Of a DNA stretch of 64,000 nt, positions 46,458-56,300 are shown piece by piece (position 1 is the first letter of the stretch; every line of letters starts with the position of its first letter). This DNA is from an uncultured Peptostreptococcaceae bacterium (GTDB taxonomy: Bacteria > Bacillota > Clostridia > Peptostreptococcales > Anaerovoracaceae), in contig CAJOKT010000003.1 in assembly GCA_905235115.1 (NCBI GenBank), positions 11,774-75,773 of the forward strand. Direction: 5' to 3'. The notes under the pieces were generated by a model. It had not been told where the DNA came from, did not search any database, and saw nothing but the letters and a program-made list of their open reading frames with translations. The translations under genes and the position numbers were made by a program.

Positions 46458-46478
46458 CATGCCGCAGCCGATGATTTT

Positions 46479-46506
46479 TTGTCAATTCTGTGTTATAGTC
46501 TAATAT
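46479..46506 (+). promoter_or_regulatory. Possible rnf operon promoter
   Basis: TTGTCA (46479..46484), a 16-nt spacer, then TAATAT (46501..46506). Confidence 0.35.
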
Positions 46507-46622
46507 GTATGGTTATGATTTCCTTTAAGAGAGAGGAAGGGTATTTTTTGCGCCTGCCCGATCCGGAGGGGGCATCATAACGGAATCATTCAGTATGTTA
46601 CAGAAAGGACGGTCTCATTAAC

Positions 46623-47936
46623 ATGGGCAAAAAACACCTGAGCAGTGTTCATGTTAGCCATCACAAGAATACCGCGGCATGCGTCTCGGAAGTGATGCCT
46701 ATACCTGACATTGTTAAGATTTCCATGTCTCAGCACATCGGTGCTCCGTGCAAGCCGCTGGTTGCCAAAGGCGATCATGTCAAGGTCGGCCAGAAGATCG
46801 GCGATACGGACGCCTTTGTCAGCGCTCCGATCCATTCCAGCGTTTCCGGTACCGTAACAGGTATCGAACAGGCGAGATCCGCTGCAGGCGGATATGATAC
46901 GCTGGTAGTTATCGAACCGGACAAGAAGCAGGAGATCTCTGAGGAGGTTCAGATCCCCGAAGAGCCCAAGGACCTGGCGGAGTTCGTGGCGGAAGTCCGC
47001 AAGGCAGGTATCGTTGGCTTAGGCGGAGCTGCATTCCCCACAAGCATCAAATTTAATCCCAAGAATCTCGATGACGTTCACTATCTGGTAGTAAACGCCG
47101 CCGAGTGCGAGCCCTACATCACTTCTGACCACAGGACCATGCTGGAAGACACTGAGGACCTTATCAGCGGCTGCCAGATGATCATGAAGTATGACGGACT
47201 CGACCACGGCTATATCGCCATCGAGGACAACAAGCCGGATGCCATCGAGCACATCAACCAGGCGCTCAGGGATCACGGCATCGACAACATTGAAACTTTC
47301 AGCCTTCAGGCCAGATACCCCAAGGGAGCTGAGCGTGTATTGGTTTACGAGATCTTCGGCAAGGTCATGAACGCCGGAGTGCTTCCCGCAGACATGGGCT
47401 GCATCCTGGACAATGTGAACACGGTCACAAAGGTCGGTCACTATTTCAGGACCGGAGTTCCCCTTATCGCCAAGAAGCTTACTGTTGACGGAGATGCGGT
47501 GAAGGAACCCAAGAACGTCATCGTTCCTATCGGCACCCTTATCCATGATGTCATCGACTTCTGCGGCGGGTACAAAGAAGAGCCGAGAAAAGTCCTCATG
47601 GGAGGCCCCATGATGGGAAGAGCGATCCCCACGGACGAGATGCCCATCGTGAAGAACAACAATGCGATCTTGGCATTCTCCAAGGAGAAGGCTCAGGTCA
47701 AGATGGAGACAGCCTGTATCAACTGCGGACGCTGCCACCAGGCCTGCCCCTTCGACCTGATCCCCACGGCTCTCGCAGACGCTTACGAGAGACATGACGC
47801 ACAGGCTCTGTTCGATCTGGACGTAAATCAGTGCATGAACTGCGGATCATGTTCATACATCTGCCCGGCTCACAGACCTCTCGCCTTCATGAATACCCTT
47901 GGTAAAACAATTGTAAAGGAGGCGGGAATCAAATGA
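46623..47936 (+). CDS. rnfC: Rnf complex subunit C
   Basis: SQHIGAPCKPLVAKGDHVKVGQ, NAAECEPY and two 4Fe-4S motifs (CINCGRCHQACP, CMNCGSCSYICP). Confidence 0.9.
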   Translation: MGKKHLSSVHVSHHKNTAACVSEVMPIPDIVKISMSQHIGAPCKPLVAKGDHVKVGQKIGDTDAFVSAPIHSSVSGTVTGIEQARSAAGGYDTLVVIEPDKKQEISEEVQIPEEPKDLAEFVAEVRKAGIVGLGGAAFPTSIKFNPKNLDDVHYLVVNAAECEPYITSDHRTMLEDTEDLISGCQMIMKYDGLDHGYIAIEDNKPDAIEHINQALRDHGIDNIETFSLQARYPKGAERVLVYEIFGKVMNAGVLPADMGCILDNVNTVTKVGHYFRTGVPLIAKKLTVDGDAVKEPKNVIVPIGTLIHDVIDFCGGYKEEPRKVLMGGPMMGRAIPTDEMPIVKNNNAILAFSKEKAQVKMETACINCGRCHQACPFDLIPTALADAYERHDAQALFDLDVNQCMNCGSCSYICPAHRPLAFMNTLGKTIVKEAGIK

Positions 47937-48901
47937 GCAATTACAAAAATAACTTAGTTGTATCTTCATCGCCCCATGTAGTTACGGCTCTGGATACCCG
48001 CATGACCATGCTCATGGTCATCATCGCGCTGGTACCGTCTCTCCTGGTGAGCACATACGTATTCGGACCAAGAGTCCTGCTGCTCACTGCCGTTTCCATG
48101 GCAGCGTGTGTTTGCCTGGAGTGGCTCTGGAATCTGCTGATGAAGAGAGATAACACTGCAGGCGATCTGTCAGCTGCTCTGACCGGTATGCTCATAGCGT
48201 TCAACGTCCCCGCAGGACTTCCCATCTGGATCCTGATCATCGGCGACATCTGTGCGATAATCGTTGTTAAACAGCTTTTCGGAGGCCTGGGCAAGAACCT
48301 GGTAAATCCTGCAATAACAGCAAGGATCATCCTGTTTATTTCCTTTGCCACAGAGATGACCACATGGCCGCTTCCCAGAATGGCTGCAGATGCCACATCA
48401 AAGGCTACTCCTCTGGGAGTGCTGGCTGAAGGTTCACTTGACAGCCTTCCTTCCAACATGCAGATGTTCCTGGGATTCGTAGGCGGATCTCTCGGCGAAG
48501 TTTCAGCACTGGCGCTTCTTATCGGCGGCATCTTCCTCATTTGGAGAAAGATCATAAACCCGGTGATCCCCTGCTGCTTCATCGGAACAGTATTCGTCTT
48601 CGCTCTCATCTACTATGCGGCTACAGGTCAGGGAGATCCTCTTCAGATGGCTCTCTTCCACATCCTGGCAGGCGGCGTTTTCCTCGGCGCATTCTTCATG
48701 GCCACGGACTACGTCACTTCACCGCTGCTTACAAAGGGCAAGATCGTATTCGGTATCGGATGCGGCATCATGACCATGGTCATCAGACTGTGGGGTCAGT
48801 ATCCTGAGGGAGTTTCCTTCTCGATCCTGCTCATGAACTGCCTGACACCTCTTATCGACAGCTTCTTCCAGAAGAGAATGTATGGAGGTAAGAAAAAATG
48901 A
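47933..48901 (+). CDS. rnfD: Rnf complex subunit D
   Basis: Polytopic membrane protein in the conserved position, with an NqrB/RnfD-like FFMATDYVTSP segment. Confidence 0.9.
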   Translation: MSNYKNNLVVSSSPHVVTALDTRMTMLMVIIALVPSLLVSTYVFGPRVLLLTAVSMAACVCLEWLWNLLMKRDNTAGDLSAALTGMLIAFNVPAGLPIWILIIGDICAIIVVKQLFGGLGKNLVNPAITARIILFISFATEMTTWPLPRMAADATSKATPLGVLAEGSLDSLPSNMQMFLGFVGGSLGEVSALALLIGGIFLIWRKIINPVIPCCFIGTVFVFALIYYAATGQGDPLQMALFHILAGGVFLGAFFMATDYVTSPLLTKGKIVFGIGCGIMTMVIRLWGQYPEGVSFSILLMNCLTPLIDSFFQKRMYGGKKK

Positions 48902-49455
48902 AGAGCAACACATTTAAAGAATATATCCAGCCTACACTGGTTCTGGTAGCGATATGCCTGGTAATGACTTTTGCTCTGGCATACGTGAACTCCATTACAG
49001 CTCCGGTGATCGCGGACAATTCTGCAAAGGCAGCAGATGCTGCGAGAGCTCAGCTGCTTCCCGCAGCCACGTCTTTTGAACAGTATGACGGCGAACTTGT
49101 CGAGTGCGTTCCGGGCAAGGTGTACGTGGATGACTGCTACATCGCGCCGGGAATCGGCATGGTAGTCACCGTCAAGACCCAGTCTTTCGGCGGAGTGCTT
49201 ACAGAGATGATAGGCATCGATGCTGACGGAGCCATTACAGGCGTAAAGGTCACAGAACATTCAGACACCAAGGGACTTGGAACAAAGGCTCACGCCACAA
49301 GCCACACCCAGCAGTATGTGGGACTCACCGAGCTCACATCCACTGACGCGAAAAGTGTAGGCATGCACGTGAGCGGAGCATCCATCTCCTCCAATGCCGT
49401 CCACTACGGCATATACGCTGCCCTTGAGCAGTTCAAGTCTGTGGGAGGTGTATGA
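48898..49455 (+). CDS. rnfG: Rnf complex subunit G (FMN-binding)
   Basis: N-terminal TM helix. FMN_bind-type motif HVSGASISS (S/TGAT/S flavinylation site). Confidence 0.85.
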   Translation: MKSNTFKEYIQPTLVLVAICLVMTFALAYVNSITAPVIADNSAKAADAARAQLLPAATSFEQYDGELVECVPGKVYVDDCYIAPGIGMVVTVKTQSFGGVLTEMIGIDADGAITGVKVTEHSDTKGLGTKAHATSHTQQYVGLTELTSTDAKSVGMHVSGASISSNAVHYGIYAALEQFKSVGGV

Positions 49456-50444
49456 TAATGGAAAACAAAACTAGCAGATTACAGATCCTTACAAAAGGCA
49501 TAATCAAAGAGAACCCCAACCTTGTTCTGCTTTTAGGTACGTGCCCCACGCTGGCCACCACAAGCTCCGCCTTTAACGGCATGGGCATGGGCATCGCGGC
49601 ATCCTTCGTGCTTATCTGCTCCAACATCGTTATCTCTCTTCTTGCCAAACTGATACCAGACAAGGTTCGTATTCCGTGCTACATCGTAGTCATCGCCGGA
49701 TTCGTAACGCTGGTACAGTTCATAGTCCAGGCATATGCAGTTCCTCTATACAATTCGCTGGGAGTATTCCTTCCGCTGATCGTAGTAAACTGCATCATCC
49801 TGGGTCGTGCGGAAATGTTCGCCAACAAGAACGGCGTCATCGACTCCGCACTTGACGGAATCGGAATGGGCCTGGGCTTCACTCTGGCACTCACCGTAAT
49901 GGGAGCCATCAGGGAACTCATCGGAAACGGCACACTGCTGTCCGGCTTCTTCCTTGGCGACGAAGCTCTTCAGGAGAGCCTGACCATCCATATTCCCTTC
50001 ATCAATGAACACCCGATGCTGATCATCGCGCTGGCACCCGGCGGATTCTTCGTCTATGCTGCCATCATCGCTTTCGTGAACTGGCTCATCAACCGCAAGG
50101 GCGGCACTCCGAGAGATTTCGCCTGCGGAGGATGCGCTCTGGCTTCAATGTGCACACAGGAAAAGTGTGTGGCTGAGCTTGGTGAGATCGAGATCCCGGC
50201 CCCCAAGGCAATGGCCCAGAAGGCTGAGGCCCCGAAAATGACCGAAGAAGAGAAGGCTGCCAAGATCGCTGCTGCCAAGGCTGCAAAGGCCGCAAAGGAA
50301 GCAGCCGCCGCTTCTGCTGCAACAGCTGAAGCAAGATCAGATAATCCGGATCCGGTGCTGGCCGCCGCTGAAAATGCCCTCGCAAGAAAGAAGGCTGCTG
50401 AAGCAGCAGAAGCTGCCGGAGAGAAGAAAGGAGATGAAGAGTAA
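49452..50444 (+). CDS. rnfE: Rnf complex subunit E with a ~115-aa C-terminal Cys- and Ala/Lys-rich extension
   Basis: RnfE/NqrD-like core (LLLGTCPTLA..., NCIILGRAE) followed by CGGCALASMCTQEKC and an AAKIAAAKAAKAAKEAAAA tail. Confidence 0.85.
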   Translation: MIMENKTSRLQILTKGIIKENPNLVLLLGTCPTLATTSSAFNGMGMGIAASFVLICSNIVISLLAKLIPDKVRIPCYIVVIAGFVTLVQFIVQAYAVPLYNSLGVFLPLIVVNCIILGRAEMFANKNGVIDSALDGIGMGLGFTLALTVMGAIRELIGNGTLLSGFFLGDEALQESLTIHIPFINEHPMLIIALAPGGFFVYAAIIAFVNWLINRKGGTPRDFACGGCALASMCTQEKCVAELGEIEIPAPKAMAQKAEAPKMTEEEKAAKIAAAKAAKAAKEAAAASAATAEARSDNPDPVLAAAENALARKKAAEAAEAAGEKKGDEE

Positions 50445-51019
50445 TGGGAGTATATTTCTCGATAATACTTGGAATGGTCCTGGTAAATAACTACCCGCTG
50501 GCTCAGTTCCTCGGCATCTGCCCATTCCTCGGAGTTTCCAAGAAACTCGATTCATCGCTGGGCATGGGTATTGCCGTTATCTTCGTAATGGTAATGGCTA
50601 CAGCTGCCACATGGCCCATCATGAGGCTGCTGGATTCGTGGAACATCGCTTATCTGCAGACCGTGGTATTCATCCTGGTTATAGCAGCTCTGGTACAGTT
50701 CGTTGAGATGGTTCTTAAGAAGTTCGTCCCGGCCCTTCACAAGGCTTTGGGCGTGTACCTTCCTCTGATCACCACAAACTGCGCTGTGCTGGGCGTATGC
50801 ATCAACAACATCGACCTGGGATACAACTATCCCCAGGCACTGGTAAACGCTTTCGGCGCAGGTGTAGGTTTTCTTCTCGCCATGATCATCTTCTCCGGAA
50901 TGAGGCAGAAGCTTGAGAATAACGATAAGGTGCCCAAGCCGTTCCAGGGCGTACCCATCACAATGACAACAGCCGCTCTCCTGTCCCTTGCTTTCATGGG
51001 ATTCGGCGGCCTGGTATAA
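50444..51019 (+). CDS. rnfA: Rnf complex subunit A
   Basis: 191-aa RnfA/NqrE-like membrane protein (LGICPFLG, TNCAVLG). Confidence 0.9.
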   Translation: MGVYFSIILGMVLVNNYPLAQFLGICPFLGVSKKLDSSLGMGIAVIFVMVMATAATWPIMRLLDSWNIAYLQTVVFILVIAALVQFVEMVLKKFVPALHKALGVYLPLITTNCAVLGVCINNIDLGYNYPQALVNAFGAGVGFLLAMIIFSGMRQKLENNDKVPKPFQGVPITMTTAALLSLAFMGFGGLV

Positions 51020-51031
51020 AGGAGGGACCGT

Positions 51032-51925
51032 ATGAACGCAATACTTACACCGGTATTACTGGTAGTGGTCATGGGCTTCGTTTTCGCGGTCATCCTTACG
51101 ATCGCATCGAAGGTGTTCTATGTACCCGTAGATGAAACAGTAACAAACCTTGCAGCTGTTCTTCCGGGAGCAAACTGCGGCGGATGCGGATTTGCCGGAT
51201 GCAGCGATTACGCCAACGCTCTGGCAGCAGATCCTGAAGGAGTAGGCCCCAACAAGTGTCCCGTAGGGGGCGCTGACGTGGCAGCCAAGCTTGCTGAGAT
51301 CCTGGGGATCGAGGCCGGCTCCTCCGAGCCTCAGGTGGCAGTCGTCATGTGCAACGGAAACTCCGCCAACGCCAAGAGCTTCGCTGAATATCAGGGACCT
51401 CTCACATGCTCCGCTGCGGCAACGCTTTTCGGCGGAAACAATGCCTGCAAGTACGGATGCTTAGGCCTGGGCGACTGCACCAGAGCCTGCAACTTCGGAG
51501 CGATAAAGGTCTGCGACGGCGTAGCCGTTGTTGCCAGAGAGCTCTGCACCGGATGTGGTGCCTGCGCATCCACCTGTCCGAAGCACATAATCAGGATCGC
51601 ACCTGCCAGGAACAAGGTGGTGGTCCAGTGCTCCAATACTGACAAGGGCGCCCAGACGAGAAAAGCCTGCGCTGTGGGCTGCATCGGCTGCGGCAAGTGC
51701 CAGAAGGTCTGCAAGTTCGAGGCTATTACCATCGAAAACAACCTTGCACACATCGATCCCGACAAGTGCAAGAACTGCGGACTTTGCTCCAAGGAATGCC
51801 CCACTCATGCCATCAACAACATGAGGGCCAAGAGGCAGACCGCAAAAAAGGAAGCTCCCAAGAAGGTGGAGGCAGCACCTGTTGTTCCTCCCACACAGGG
51901 AGAGTCCCCGAGAGTTAATGCTTAA
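51032..51925 (+). CDS. rnfB: Rnf complex subunit B (polyferredoxin)
   Basis: N-terminal TM helix, CGGCGFAGC, and several CxxCxxCxxxCP clusters. Confidence 0.9.
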   Translation: MNAILTPVLLVVVMGFVFAVILTIASKVFYVPVDETVTNLAAVLPGANCGGCGFAGCSDYANALAADPEGVGPNKCPVGGADVAAKLAEILGIEAGSSEPQVAVVMCNGNSANAKSFAEYQGPLTCSAAATLFGGNNACKYGCLGLGDCTRACNFGAIKVCDGVAVVARELCTGCGACASTCPKHIIRIAPARNKVVVQCSNTDKGAQTRKACAVGCIGCGKCQKVCKFEAITIENNLAHIDPDKCKNCGLCSKECPTHAINNMRAKRQTAKKEAPKKVEAAPVVPPTQGESPRVNA

Positions 51926-51943
51926 AGACTGACTTTCTGTATT

Positions 51944-51971
51944 AAAAAGAGCCTCACATGAGGCTCTTTTT
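51944..51971. terminator. Bidirectional terminator between rnfB and the convergent Gx-transporter gene
   Basis: AAAAAGAGCCTC-ACAT-GAGGCTCTTTTT. Confidence 0.75.
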
Positions 51972-51990
51972 GCGTGCCATATTTTTTGCG

Positions 51991-52515
51991 CTAATTGAAT
52001 TCCGGGAGCCGTTTCTCGATGACGCAGGCCAGGATGCCTATGGCGATCCCGCTTATGAGACCGGAAAACAGCAGCACCGGGAAGTATGTAAGGATCGCGG
52101 TGTTCCTGAGAAGGACGCATGCGGTGATCAGCTGCCCCAGGTTGTGAGCCACGCCGCCGGCCATGCTTATCCCCACCAGACTGAATAAATTTGTCCGGTA
52201 CAAAATATACATGACGAGGATGCTCAGCACTCCTCCCGCAAAAGAGTATATCATGCCGAAGACTCCGCTGAAAAGAAGCCCCGAGAGGAGGATCCTTGCA
52301 CAGTTTATGGCGAAGGCGTGCCTGAAGTCCATGCGGACGATAGCGATGAGGATCACCAGATTGGCCAGTCCCAGCTTGATGCCCGGGATGGGCACGGGGA
52401 GGGGGATCAGGAATTCTATATAGCTGAATATGAGGGCTAGCGCCGCGAACATGGCACTTATGGCCGTAATACTTGTGCGACGGTCCTGTTTAGCCGGAGA
52501 TGACATCCACATCAC
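51991..52515 (-). CDS. Gx-transporter family membrane protein (formerly annotated as heptaprenyl diphosphate synthase component I-like)
   Basis: 174-aa polytopic protein overlapping the NusG_II gene. This pairing next to ApbE/Rnf is typical of Firmicutes. Confidence 0.6.
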   Translation of the reverse strand: MMWMSSPAKQDRRTSITAISAMFAALALIFSYIEFLIPLPVPIPGIKLGLANLVILIAIVRMDFRHAFAINCARILLSGLLFSGVFGMIYSFAGGVLSILVMYILYRTNLFSLVGISMAGGVAHNLGQLITACVLLRNTAILTYFPVLLFSGLISGIAIGILACVIEKRLPEFN

Positions 52516-52873
52516 CTCCTTTTCCGGTGGTTCCCACGATCTCTGCGACCACCTTGTTGGGCAGGCAGACTATGACCTGACCCCGGCCGGAAATGGGCCC
52601 GTGGTCCACGCAGATCTGGTTGCGGCAGCTGGCGGACTTCATGAAGCATTCTCCGTCCTTTATGACGAGAACGTTGGTGAAGGTGCCTGCTGAGGTATTT
52701 TGCACTATCTCTACAGTCCGGTCTTCGGACAGGGAATAGACCCCGTATGTCTCCCCGTTGACTGTGACCCGGACTTCCGGATCCTTCAGGGCGCCCCTTA
52801 GGGGAAGCAGGCTCACTGCCAGTCCTGCAGCTAATATGATTATGAAAAGTATAACGTCTGCTTTCTTGATCAT
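52490..52873 (-). CDS. NusG domain II-containing (DUF1312-like) membrane-anchored protein
   Basis: N-terminal TM helix plus a ~100-aa beta-rich domain containing CRNQICVDHGPIS. Confidence 0.6.
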   Translation of the reverse strand: MIKKADVILFIIILAAGLAVSLLPLRGALKDPEVRVTVNGETYGVYSLSEDRTVEIVQNTSAGTFTNVLVIKDGECFMKSASCRNQICVDHGPISGRGQVIVCLPNKVVAEIVGTTGKGGDVDVISG

Positions 52874-53096
52874 GGCCTCATTATATCACAGAATGGGGAT
52901 TTTTGAACCATTCTACACACACTCCGGCATATTTCTACAAGATATGTTCACAATTTCTTCAAATGACTGGGTTATTATATATACAACAAAAGAAAACTTC
53001 TTCATAATTTATCCTTTCTTAATATAAAAACATCTCTTTCCGGCGGCTTGAGCAACCGGGTGGAAAGAGATCTTTTTTTATGATAAAATAGGCACT

Positions 53097-54251
53097 ATGA
53101 AGGATATTTTGCTGAGAAAAATTAAGACGCTGGGCCTCTGCCTTATGGCGGCTGTCCTGGGTGTGGCGGGATTCGCGGCCTGCGGATCGTCCGGGACCGA
53201 CAACTGGGCAGGGTACAGCATGGATTCATACTACTTCGACACGATCTGCCGGATCACCATCTACGGACTGGATGACAGTTTGCTGGGGGAGGGCTTAAGC
53301 GAGGCGGAGTTCGGTGAAAAGTGCTCCGGGATCATCAGTGATGCATTCAAAGAGCTTTCCGCATATGAGAAACTGCTGAGCCGGACCGTGGAGGGTTCCG
53401 ACGTGGACAGGATAAACCGGTCTGCGGGAGAGACCGTGGAAGTTGACCTTAGGACCGCGGAGGTGCTTAAAAAGGGTCTGGAATTCGGAGACGTTTCAGG
53501 TGGGGCCTTCGACATCACCATCGGGGGAGTTACGAATCTTTGGAACTTCCACGCCCTGGACGAGGAGACGGCGGAGGCGGGGATGCCTGATGAGGCGGCT
53601 CTCGCCGAGGCACTGAGGCACGTAGACTACAAGATGATACAGGTGGACTTAGCGGATCATTCCGTGAAGCTGCTGGACCCCGGCGCAGTCATTGACCTGG
53701 GCGGGATCGCCAAAGGATACATCGCCGACAGGATCTCGGAGTTCCTTAAGGAGGAGGGCGTGACTGACGCTATCGTGAACCTTGGAGGGAACATCGAGGC
53801 TCTCGGAGGAAAACCCGGGAACCACCTGAAGCCTCGTGGCGAAGCCGGCTCCGAAAAGGACAGCACCGTTCGCCTTGGGATCAATGATCCGAGAAGCGCT
53901 GCAGGGCAGCTTCTGGAGACCTTCGATGCAAGGGACGTGACAGTGGTCACCTCGGGCACCTATGAGAGATTCATAGAAGTGGACGGCGTGAGATACCATC
54001 ACATTCTTGACCCAAAGACCGGGTACCCGGTGGATAACGGCCTTACCCAGGTCACCATCGTGGCACAAAGCGGACACTCAGTGGATTGCGACGGACTGTC
54101 CACGGTGTGCCTGGCTCTGGGAGCGGACCGGGGACGGACCCTCATCGACGAGCTGTCTGAAAAAGGCATCTACGGTCCGGTCTGGGCCATCTTTGTGTCT
54201 TCCGATGGGGAGGTCACAGAGGCCGGTGACAGGAGCACATTTGCCGGATAG
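53097..54251 (+). CDS. apbE: FAD:protein FMN transferase (ApbE) lipoprotein
   Basis: Lipobox GFAACGS. ApbE motifs FDITIGG, DLGGIAKGY and YHHILDPKTG. Confidence 0.9.
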   Translation: MKDILLRKIKTLGLCLMAAVLGVAGFAACGSSGTDNWAGYSMDSYYFDTICRITIYGLDDSLLGEGLSEAEFGEKCSGIISDAFKELSAYEKLLSRTVEGSDVDRINRSAGETVEVDLRTAEVLKKGLEFGDVSGGAFDITIGGVTNLWNFHALDEETAEAGMPDEAALAEALRHVDYKMIQVDLADHSVKLLDPGAVIDLGGIAKGYIADRISEFLKEEGVTDAIVNLGGNIEALGGKPGNHLKPRGEAGSEKDSTVRLGINDPRSAAGQLLETFDARDVTVVTSGTYERFIEVDGVRYHHILDPKTGYPVDNGLTQVTIVAQSGHSVDCDGLSTVCLALGADRGRTLIDELSEKGIYGPVWAIFVSSDGEVTEAGDRSTFAG

Positions 54252-54532
54252 GTCCCGGCGGATACGGCGGCATCAGGGCCGGAGAGAGCTTTTATGACAC
54301 GGAGCAGCGGCCAAAAGGCTCCGGATCCCACTTGAATGCGGCGAAAGCAGTACAGATGAACAACAATGAGAAACGCAGGTCCGAAGGGATTGCCTGCGTT
54401 TTTTGATGTTTTGCGAAGGGGAAATCGTATACAATTCCGGCATATTGCGCACCGACGGGACAGAGTGATATGCTTATTTTGACACATCCGTACAGTACTT
54501 TTGAGAAGCCATATCGATATGAGGGGGAAAGA

Positions 54533-55321
54533 ATGAGATTATCAAGGAACAACATAAAGGCGAGAGCGGATTATTTAATGGATCTGATCGCTGAAAAGTC
54601 TGTAGCTTTGGAGGGGTTATCCGGGGAAAAGATAAGAGTCAGCTCCGGGAAAAGCGGGAGACATTATTTGGTGAAATTCGAAGGCGGAACAGAAAAATAT
54701 CTTAGAAAATCAGAGATGGATCTCGCCAGAAAAATAGTTCAAGGAGAATATGACGAGAGAATAGTCGCAGCTGCCAGATCAGAGCTGGTGACCCTGAGAG
54801 CATTGCTAAACAAATATGATAAAGGAACAGTGGAAGAAATATATGATGCTCTTGCTCCGGCCAGGCGAGAACTCGTAGAACCGATTTTGATGCCTGATGA
54901 CGAATTCATCAGGAAGTGGCTGGATGAACCCTATGAAAAAGCATGGTTTGGACCCGGTGAACACGGCTACTGTACATCGAACCAACTGCTGGTAAGGTCA
55001 AAATCAGAGGTCATATTCGCAGACAAATATGCTGAACACAGTATACCTTATAAATATGAGTACCCTCTATATCTCGAGGGATTCGGGACAACAAGGCCTG
55101 ACTTCACGTTGCTTAAGATAAAGTACAGGCGAGTCATATATCATGAACACTTTGGAATGATGGACGATCCTGAGTACGCAGAAAGGGCAATCAGGAAAAT
55201 ACATGCCTACGAGGATAACGGGTATATTCTGGGAAGAGATCTGATTGCTACTTTCGAAACGAAATCTGATCCAATAGACGCCAGCGATGCGGAAATGTTG
55301 ATCAGAAGGTATTTGTTGTAG
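54533..55321 (+). CDS. Hypothetical protein with a PD-(D/E)xK-like C-terminal pattern
   Basis: ATG 54533 follows a GAGGGGGA SD. The C-terminal SKSEVIFADKY...RPDFTLL...VIYHEHFGM is reminiscent of restriction-endonuclease-fold proteins. Weak. Confidence 0.45.
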   Translation: MRLSRNNIKARADYLMDLIAEKSVALEGLSGEKIRVSSGKSGRHYLVKFEGGTEKYLRKSEMDLARKIVQGEYDERIVAAARSELVTLRALLNKYDKGTVEEIYDALAPARRELVEPILMPDDEFIRKWLDEPYEKAWFGPGEHGYCTSNQLLVRSKSEVIFADKYAEHSIPYKYEYPLYLEGFGTTRPDFTLLKIKYRRVIYHEHFGMMDDPEYAERAIRKIHAYEDNGYILGRDLIATFETKSDPIDASDAEMLIRRYLL

Positions 55322-55358
55322 CGTGTAGCTGGGCTGGACAGGGATAAACTTTCAATTC

Positions 55359-56228
55359 GCCCTGCCTGCAGGAAAAAACCGGCTCACAGGCAGGGCAGAA
55401 CCCTGTTTTCGCCCTGCCAGCAGGAAAAAACCGGCTCACAGGCAGGGCAGAGAGCCACTTTCGCCCTGCCTGTAGGAAAAAACCGGCTCACAGGCAGGGC
55501 AGAACCCTGTTTACGCCCTGCCTGTAGGAAAAAACCGGCTCACAGGCAGGGCAGAACCCTGTTTACGCCCTGCCTGCAGGAAAAAACCAGCTCACAGGCA
55601 GGGCAGAGAGACATTTTTGCCCTGTCTGCAGGAAAAAACCGGCTCACAGGCAGGGCAGAGAGCCACTTACACCCTGCCTGCAGGAAAAAACCGGCTCACA
55701 GGCAGGGCAGAGAGCCACTTACACCCTGCCTGTAGGAAAAAATCAGCGCACAGGCAGGGCAGAGAGCCACTTTCGCCCTGCCTGTAGGAAAAAATCAGCT
55801 CACAGGCAGGGCAGAACCCTGTTTTCGCCCTGCCTGTAGGAAAAAATCAGCGCACAGGCAGGGCAGAGAGACATTTTCGCCCTGCCTGTAGGAAAAAACC
55901 AGCTCACAGGCAGGGCAGAGAGCCACTTTCGCCCTGCCTGCAGGAAAAAATCAGCGCACAGGCAGGGCAGAGAGACACTTTCGCCCTGCCTGTAGGAAAA
56001 AACCGGCGCTCCGGCAGGGCAGAACCCTGTTTTCGCCCTGCCTGCAGGAAAAAATCAGCGCACAGGCAGGGCAGAGAGACATTTTTGCCCTGCCTGCAGA
56101 AAAAAACCGGCTCACAGGCAGGGCAGAACCCTGTTTTCGCCCTGCCTGCAGGAAAAAACCAGCTCACAGGCAGGGCAGAGAGCCACTTTCGCCCTGCCTG
56201 CAGGAAAAAATCAGCTCACAGGCAGGGC
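55359..56228 (+). repeat. Tandem array of 17 units with an exact 52-bp period; each unit is a 38-nt GC-stem hairpin plus a 14-nt linker
   Basis: Unit starts run from 55359 in steps of 52 to 56191. The stem is GCCCTGCCTG/CAGGCAGGGC. Loop and linker cassettes each occur in 3-5 variants. Confidence 0.95.
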
Positions 56229-56254
56229 AATCTTAAAAGGCGAGATCCAAACAT

Positions 56255-56281
56255 CAAAAATAGACCCCGCGCAGCGGGGTC
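56255..56281 (-). terminator. Terminator of the ECF S-component gene
   Basis: GACCCCGC-GCA-GCGGGGTC, followed on the minus strand by TATTTTTGATG. Confidence 0.75.
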
Positions 56282-56300
56282 TTCACATTCTATCGTTCTT

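Noticed and set aside
55359-56228. CRISPR array reading of the 52-bp repeat region
   Set aside because: The variable linkers are only 14 nt long and fall into three recurring types rather than unique spacers. The repeat is a long palindrome with a large loop. No cas genes or leader are present in the window. Repeat-plus-spacer geometry of 38+14 is outside known CRISPR ranges.
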